Below are positions 58,632-64,000 of a DNA stretch of 64,000 bases, one piece after another. The stretch's first letter is position 1. The number at the start of each line of letters is the position of its first letter. The notes under the pieces were generated by a model. That model saw only the letters and a list, made by a program, of their open reading frames with translations, was not told where the DNA came from and did not search any database. Source of the DNA: an uncultured Candidatus Saccharibacteria bacterium (GTDB lineage: Bacteria; Patescibacteriota; Minisyncoccia; Phycocordibacterales; UBA9973); contig CAZXCN010000002.1 in NCBI GenBank assembly GCA_964639185.1, positions 30,409-94,408 on the forward strand, in the 5' to 3' direction. The position numbers and the translations under genes are program-made.

Positions 58632-61046
58632 CTAGACTACAATATTCACAAGGCGCCCTTTTACGCAAATTACTCTTTTTATCTCATTACCTTCAATCCA
58701 TTTTATCATTGATTCATTTGCAAGTGCCAAGGATTTCAAACTATCTTCGTCTATATTAGTAGGTACTTGTATTTCCGCACGAACCTTGCCATTTACTTGC
58801 AATACTATATTTACAGTATCTGACACTAGCTTGGCAGAATCATATTTAGGCCAAAGACTTTTATGAACAGAAGTATTCTCATCACACATATACCACAATT
58901 CCTCAGATATATGTGGGGCAAATGGTGCCAATATTTGCAGAAACATTTTAAAATCACTTATTGTGAGGTTTTTATTTTTCTCAAATTCATTTAAACATAT
59001 CATAATAGATGATATAGCTGTATTGAAATTAAAACCCTCGATATCTTCCTCTACTTTTTTAATTGTTTTATGCAATACTATTTCAGAATCAGTATCTGTT
59101 GTTTCTGATTTAATTTCAATAATCTTGTCGGCAAATCTCCACAATCTTTCCAAGAATCGTGATGTACCCACTAGGCCATCATTATTCCAAGGGACTGTTC
59201 CTTCAAAAGGGCCTATGAACATTTCATACAGACGAAAAGCATCTGCCCCAAAACGTTCAACAACATCATCAGGGTTTACAATATTCCCCCATCGTTTTGA
59301 CATTTTTCTACCATCTGATGCCAATATAAAGCCTAGAAATTCTAATCTTGGAAATGGTTCTTCTGTAGAAACTGAGCCTATGTCAAAAAGGAATTTGTGC
59401 CAAAAACGAGCATATATAAGGTGACGTGTAGCGTGGTCACCACCTACATACACATCTACCGGCATCCAAGATTTTTCCTTATCTTTACTTATCAAAGCTT
59501 CATTATTTTCGGGATCAATATAACGCAAGTAATACCATGAAGAACCAGCCCATTGTGGCATTGTATTTGTTTCCCTTTTACCTGGACCTTTACATTGCGG
59601 GCAATCAGTATTCACCCAATCCTGTATTGTTGCAAGTGGACTCTCGCCTGTTCCTGTAGGCTCGTATGATTCAACTTCAGGCAATACAACAGGTAACTGC
59701 TCGTCAGGTACGGCTACGGCGCCACACTTGTCACAATGTATTATCGGAATCGGCTCACCCCAATATCGCTGTCTAGAAAAAACCCAATCTTTGATTTTAT
59801 AAGAAGTTTTTCTTTTTGCAAATCCTTCTTCGCAAAAATAATCTACCATTTCTTTTATTAAATTTTGATCAATCTCTTTACCTGTAAACTTTCCTGAATT
59901 TATAAGTACGCCAGTATTTTCATGTGCATTTATTGGTATATTTTTATCAGTACGCTCCATTACTTCTTTCAGTGGTATTTCATATTTAATAGCAAAATCA
60001 TAATCACGTACATCGTGTGCTGAACAACGAATAATACCTGTACCGAAATCCATTAATGCAAAATTTGCCAACCACACAGGCATTTGAGTTTTATTAATAG
60101 GGTCAGTAACATATATTCCAGTAAAGATACCTTTCTTTTCCTTATCATTAAAACTTTTAACAGTTTTTTTATGATCTTCGATAAAAGCCTCGACTTCTTT
60201 TTTGTTATCAATATTTTTTATCAACTCTTGTACTATTGGATGCTCGGGTGCGATAACTAGATATGTATCAGCGTAAAGCCAAGCTGGATACGCACTAAAA
60301 GCGTCTAATACAATATCAGAATCTACAACTTTATGACTGATCAATACGCCCTCCTTTCTACCTATCCAATTTCTTTGAGCTTCTTTTACACCATCAGGCC
60401 ATTTTGGTAATTTATCTAAATCAGCAAGCATACGGTCTGCATAATCTGTAATTTTAAGGACCCATTGTCGCATCGGCTTCTGTTCTACAGGCGTACTGCA
60501 ACGCTCACAAGTACCATCAGTTTCAACATCTTCATTTGCAAGCCCTGTTTTACAAGACGAACACCAATTAATTGGCTCAAAGGATTCATAAGCTAACCCC
60601 TTTTTAAACATTTGTAAGAATATCCATTGAGTCCATTTATAAAATTTAGGATCTGTCGTATTCACTTCACGTGACCAATCATGATCAAAACCAATAATAG
60701 AAAGCTGTTCTTTGAATCGAGCTACATTCTTCTCTACAGACACTTTTGGATGAACTTTATTTTTAATTGCAAAATTCTCTGCTGGCAAGCCAAAAGCATC
60801 CCAACCCATCGGGTGTAATACATTAAAACCTGACATCCTTTTCATCCTAGAATATACGTCTGTTGCTATATAGCCACGTGGGTGACCAACATGCAACCCT
60901 TCACCAGATGGATAAGGAAACATATCTAATACATAATGTTTAGGTAAATTTGAATCTTCTTGAGTCTTGTATAAACCTTTAGCCTCCCAATCCTCTTGCC
61001 ACTTCTTCTCTATTTGTTTATGATTGTATTCTTTTTTGCTATTCAT
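58632..61046 (-). CDS. leuS: Leucine--tRNA ligase
   Basis: MFPYPSGEGLHVGH, FSRQRYWGEPIP, KMSKR, QVNGKVR. Confidence 0.98.
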   Translation of the reverse strand: MNSKKEYNHKQIEKKWQEDWEAKGLYKTQEDSNLPKHYVLDMFPYPSGEGLHVGHPRGYIATDVYSRMKRMSGFNVLHPMGWDAFGLPAENFAIKNKVHPKVSVEKNVARFKEQLSIIGFDHDWSREVNTTDPKFYKWTQWIFLQMFKKGLAYESFEPINWCSSCKTGLANEDVETDGTCERCSTPVEQKPMRQWVLKITDYADRMLADLDKLPKWPDGVKEAQRNWIGRKEGVLISHKVVDSDIVLDAFSAYPAWLYADTYLVIAPEHPIVQELIKNIDNKKEVEAFIEDHKKTVKSFNDKEKKGIFTGIYVTDPINKTQMPVWLANFALMDFGTGIIRCSAHDVRDYDFAIKYEIPLKEVMERTDKNIPINAHENTGVLINSGKFTGKEIDQNLIKEMVDYFCEEGFAKRKTSYKIKDWVFSRQRYWGEPIPIIHCDKCGAVAVPDEQLPVVLPEVESYEPTGTGESPLATIQDWVNTDCPQCKGPGKRETNTMPQWAGSSWYYLRYIDPENNEALISKDKEKSWMPVDVYVGGDHATRHLIYARFWHKFLFDIGSVSTEEPFPRLEFLGFILASDGRKMSKRWGNIVNPDDVVERFGADAFRLYEMFIGPFEGTVPWNNDGLVGTSRFLERLWRFADKIIEIKSETTDTDSEIVLHKTIKKVEEDIEGFNFNTAISSIMICLNEFEKNKNLTISDFKMFLQILAPFAPHISEELWYMCDENTSVHKSLWPKYDSAKLVSDTVNIVLQVNGKVRAEIQVPTNIDEDSLKSLALANESMIKWIEGNEIKRVICVKGRLVNIVV

Positions 61047-61057
61047 AATTTAAGATA

Positions 61058-61606
61058 TTATTTACTGAATTTCTTTACTGCCAACCATATCAATGTAACT
61101 AATGCTACTCCTAATATTATTACCTTGAGTAAATTATCTGCATTTGACCAATAACGTATTGATGCAATAATTATAGACAATACTCCGCCCCAAGAAAATG
61201 ATAATGCCAGTATGCTCAAGTGTACAAACGCACCAGCGATTAATGCAAATACACCTAATACTACTAGTGTTATAAATACATTCTTCTCGTATACTTTTAC
61301 CTGTGCGTTATATTCATTTTGTTTTGTAAAATTCTCATCACAGTAGCCTATCATCTTTGGCTTAGAAACTGTATCAGTAGACATGCTACCATTCCACTGT
61401 CCACCTACAGCTAGACAATCATCCTTATTATCTATAGTACCTGTAACTTGTGTTGGCTTTATAAAATCCTCATAATTTGGCTCGGAATATATTAGTGATA
61501 TTGCATAATTAAAAAATAAATTCATTACTACAACAATAGCCACTATCACTGATGCATGTACAAATTTATTGTGCTCTTGTGTGTGATTTTTTATTTGTGT
61601 ATTCAT
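61058..61606 (-). CDS. Hypothetical membrane protein
   Basis: About 4-5 TM and a C..GGQW...GYC loop; likely ATG at 61606. Confidence 0.7.
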   Translation of the reverse strand: MNTQIKNHTQEHNKFVHASVIVAIVVVMNLFFNYAISLIYSEPNYEDFIKPTQVTGTIDNKDDCLAVGGQWNGSMSTDTVSKPKMIGYCDENFTKQNEYNAQVKVYEKNVFITLVVLGVFALIAGAFVHLSILALSFSWGGVLSIIIASIRYWSNADNLLKVIILGVALVTLIWLAVKKFSK

Positions 61607-61655
61607 ATGTCTTGAATAGTACCATAAAAATAGTGTATAATAAATAGCATATATT

Positions 61656-62204
61656 ATGATCAGTCGCTCAAAGAAAATCATTAAAAAACAAAGTTCTATG
61701 GACTCTATTGAGCGCGTAGCTATTCATGCAACACGCTGGATAGGATCTACCCCGTCACTATTGGTACATACAGGGTTATTCCTCTTTGCCTTTCTTTTCT
61801 ATTTCTGGGGTTTTAACATCAACACTGTACTATTGGTCCTAACTACTGTTGTATCACTCGAGGCTATATACTTATCAATATTTATCCAGATGAGTGTAAA
61901 CAGGCAAGCCCGTCGCCTACATGCTGTGGCCCGTGATGTCGAAGATATTCAAGAAGACGTGGAAGAAATTCAAGAGGATGTGGAAGAAATTCAAGAGGAT
62001 GTGGAGGGTATCGAGAAAGACGTGGATGAGATTCAAAAAGATGTGGACGAGATTCAAGAAGACGTGGAAGAAATTCAAGAAGAGGAAGATAAAGAAGAAA
62101 AAGGCTCAAATGGTAAAGTAGATGAAGTCACTCTAACACACATACAGATACTTCTTTCAGAACTTACAAAAGACATAAAAGATCTAAAAGATAAACAAAA
62201 ATAA
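61656..62204 (+). CDS. DUF1003-like membrane protein with acidic heptad repeat
   Basis: LTTVVSLEAIYLSIFIQMSVNR, followed by (DVEEIQE)-type repeats. Confidence 0.75.
   Translation: MISRSKKIIKKQSSMDSIERVAIHATRWIGSTPSLLVHTGLFLFAFLFYFWGFNINTVLLVLTTVVSLEAIYLSIFIQMSVNRQARRLHAVARDVEDIQEDVEEIQEDVEEIQEDVEGIEKDVDEIQKDVDEIQEDVEEIQEEEDKEEKGSNGKVDEVTLTHIQILLSELTKDIKDLKDKQK
61935..62081 (+). repeat. Coding 21-bp tandem repeat, 7 degenerate units
   Basis: GAYGTGGAAGAAATTCAAGAR-like units. Confidence 0.85.
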
Positions 62205-62232
62205 AACCCTACGAAATGTAGGGTTTTATTTT
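62198..62232. terminator. Bidirectional terminator
   Basis: AAAATAAAACCCTAC/GTAGGGTTTTATTTT between convergent genes. Confidence 0.8.
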
Positions 62233-62777
62233 CTTATTACTACAGGCAAACCTCCTACGAGCGATATTATAGTCGAAGGTTTACCACTTCGGGTGCCGTA
62301 GCATACATATGCGTCTACATTGTCACCAAAATAAGCTTTGGCTTCACGCCTATTGCGTGCAGGCTCTTTACCTTGCGGGTTAGCGCTTGGTGCTACAAGC
62401 GGGCCGAGCTTCTTGATTAGTCCATACAGGTGGCCATTCTTCTTGCTTATTACCCGAAACGCTAGAGATTCTTTACCCCTATGCAGATATTTGAACTTTG
62501 CACTTGTGCAAGGTAATACGACGCTTGTCTTGGGTTGGAAAACTTCCTGATATTTCTCATATACAGACTTCTTGATACCGAATTGTGCAAGCTCCCTAAC
62601 ACTTGTTATAAGTATTATAAAAGGCTTGTCATCATCGCGACCCTTTATACTGTATATCCTCTCCACAGCCTTTTTATCATTAGCCTTGGTCAATATGCCA
62701 TACAAAGTATCAGTCGGGACAACTACTATCCCACCACTTTGCAAAACTTTTTCAACTTTTACCCATTCACTTTTCAT
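62226..62777 (-). CDS. tsaC: Threonylcarbamoyl-AMP synthase TsaC/Sua5
   Basis: PTDTLYG, IKGR...KP, APSANP, PSTII; likely ATG at 62777. Confidence 0.92.
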   Translation of the reverse strand: MKSEWVKVEKVLQSGGIVVVPTDTLYGILTKANDKKAVERIYSIKGRDDDKPFIILITSVRELAQFGIKKSVYEKYQEVFQPKTSVVLPCTSAKFKYLHRGKESLAFRVISKKNGHLYGLIKKLGPLVAPSANPQGKEPARNRREAKAYFGDNVDAYVCYGTRSGKPSTIISLVGGLPVVIRK

Positions 62778-62795
62778 TTTTATACAATAGCATAA

Positions 62796-62837
62796 AAAAT
62801 AGCGTTGATAAACTTTCAAGTTTATCAACGCTATTTT
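62796..62837. terminator. 20-bp perfect inverted repeat (terminator-like)
   Basis: AAAATAGCGTTGATAAACTT-TC-AAGTTTATCAACGCTATTTT. Confidence 0.7.
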
Positions 62838-62838
62838 A

Positions 62839-63144
62839 TTAATAGGATAATCCTTTCATTATAAATGCAACAATTACAATAATTAAAGAAAAGATTATTA
62901 GAGAAAAAATAAATTTCCAGAAATCTTTTTTATGAGTATTCATGGGTCCGTAAGAAGACTCAATAATACTTATAAAATAATTTACCAAATTTGAACTTTG
63001 CTTCCAAATAAATTTAAGTAACTTTGGAACAAATTCCCCGAGGAACCATTTAAGGAATTTAAAGGTGTTTTCAATCAAACTGGAAAATACTTTTCCAAGA
63101 AGACTAGAACCACCTGAACTGCCAGATTTTGAATGCGCTGTCAT
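62839..63144 (-). CDS. Hypothetical protein with C-terminal TM
   Basis: ATG start, upstream TAGTATAAT, downstream hairpin. Confidence 0.6.
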   Translation of the reverse strand: MTAHSKSGSSGGSSLLGKVFSSLIENTFKFLKWFLGEFVPKLLKFIWKQSSNLVNYFISIIESSYGPMNTHKKDFWKFIFSLIIFSLIIVIVAFIMKGLSY

Positions 63145-63207
63145 ATATGTATTTTTTATATTATACTACAAATTAGTATAATAGTCAATATATAGAAAAA
63201 ACAGCTC

Positions 63208-63543
63208 TTATATTTGGTTTATCTTTGCCGCCACAATAAAGTCATTCTGTGATAGGCCTTGGATAGCGTGAGTTGTAAGGGTTATATTTACCTTACCCCA
63301 ACCGAGTTCCATATCAGGGTGGTGGCCTTCACCCTCGGCTATATCCCCCACTTTGTTTACGAATTCCAAAGCCTCTTTAAAATTTTTGAATTTAAAATGT
63401 TTTGAGATACCTTTACTGTCTTCACTTATAACCCAATCCTTTACATGAAAGTCACGCATAGCCTCGGCATCAGCCTTGCTCATCGGGTCTACCCCACCCT
63501 CGCACGGTACACAATTCTGTTTAGTTAAATCTTCATTATTCAT
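63208..63543 (-). CDS. Pterin-4a-carbinolamine dehydratase
   Basis: CVPCEGG, FKNF, AEGEGHHPD, TTHAIQGLSQNDFIVAAKI. Confidence 0.93.
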   Translation of the reverse strand: MNNEDLTKQNCVPCEGGVDPMSKADAEAMRDFHVKDWVISEDSKGISKHFKFKNFKEALEFVNKVGDIAEGEGHHPDMELGWGKVNITLTTHAIQGLSQNDFIVAAKINQI

Positions 63544-63555
63544 ATTTCAATAATA

Positions 63556-63594
63556 ACAAAAAACCGAGCACAATAGTAGTGCTCGGTTTTTTGT
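63556..63594. terminator. Terminator after the 26-aa peptide ORF
   Basis: ACAAAAAACCGAGCAC/GTGCTCGGTTTTTTGT. Confidence 0.8.
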
Positions 63595-63604
63595 ATAAAT
63601 TTAT

Positions 63605-63685
63605 TTAGAAGCTAAGTGTAAAGCCTCCAAAGAAGAATTTTATAACGATAATTATTAGTATTATACCTAGTATTAATCTGATCAT
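63605..63685 (-). CDS. Putative 26-aa hydrophobic peptide
   Basis: Manual translation MIRLILGIILIIIVIKFFFGGFTLSF; TACAAT 6 nt upstream, terminator directly downstream. Confidence 0.5.
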   Translation of the reverse strand: MIRLILGIILIIIVIKFFFGGFTLSF

Positions 63686-63748
63686 ATATTTATTGTACGC
63701 TAATAACAGATTAATACCTATTTACTTGGAAGCCTTGCTTCCAAGTAA

Positions 63749-64000
63749 TCATATCTTGAATTCTATAACGTCTCCGTCTTTGACTATGTATTCCTTGCCT
63801 TCTGTACGAACTTTACCTTTTGCACGAGCTTCGCCATATGAACCAGCATCCAATAGATCCTTCCAGTACACCACTTCCGCACGAATGAATTTATCTTTAA
63901 AGTCTGTATGTATTGCCATACCTGCCACCGGCGCTGTAGAACCGTGCAGTATAGTCCATGCCCTTGTCTCCTCCACACCTGTTGTAAAGTATGTATCAAG
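63749..64000 (-). CDS. ychF: Ribosome-binding ATPase YchF, C-terminal part (5' end outside the window)
   Basis: ETRAWTI, IHTDF...FIRAEV, EGKEYIVKDGDVI. Confidence 0.95.
   Translation of the reverse strand, partial: LDTYFTTGVEETRAWTILHGSTAPVAGMAIHTDFKDKFIRAEVVYWKDLLDAGSYGEARAKGKVRTEGKEYIVKDGDVIEFKI

Noticed and set aside
61882-62121. Repetitive alternative-frame ORFs (KKFKRMW and PHPLEFL repeats)
   Set aside because: By-products of the 21-bp coding repeat.
1-64000. Alternative genetic code (TGA=Gly as in Gracilibacteria)
   Set aside because: Conserved genes are full length under code 11, and ychF ends at TGA at its normal C-terminus.

Overview
64 kb of low-GC chromosome that looks like a Patescibacteria (CPR; Parcubacteria-type) genome. 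This is inferred from compact housekeeping proteins, CPR-typical hypothetical genes, tRNAs without encoded CCA and the lack of Shine-Dalgarno motifs; the standard code 11 fits. Most of it is core genes: dnaK/dnaJ/grpE, the infA-rpmJ-rpsM-rpsK-rpsD-rpoA-rplQ-rplM-rpsI cluster, four aminoacyl-tRNA synthetases, mreB, ftsA/ftsZ, typA, lepA, tRNA modification genes and four tRNAs (Glu, Val, Phe, Arg). No integrase, transposase, prophage, CRISPR array or rRNA was seen. Notable items: (1) an arginine/D-amino-acid cluster at 1-7200 (Arg decarboxylase-like, enolase-family epimerase, amino-acid racemase, VanX-type dipeptidase, GNAT, arginase, ArgRS); (2) a PaaX-like regulator inserted between grpE and dnaK, with a palindrome beside the dnaK promoter; (3) a highly structured inverted, insertion-bearing copy of the tRNA-Glu 3' end, plus degenerate tRNA-end duplications at tRNA-Val and tRNA-Phe sharing one motif; (4) a LeuRS whose Thr-rich editing motif is replaced; (5) an FtsA-like plus membrane-anchored baseplate-J-like gene pair; (6) three unannotated small ORFs; (7) widespread apparently leaderless genes. 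All calls come from reading motifs by eye; no searches were run.
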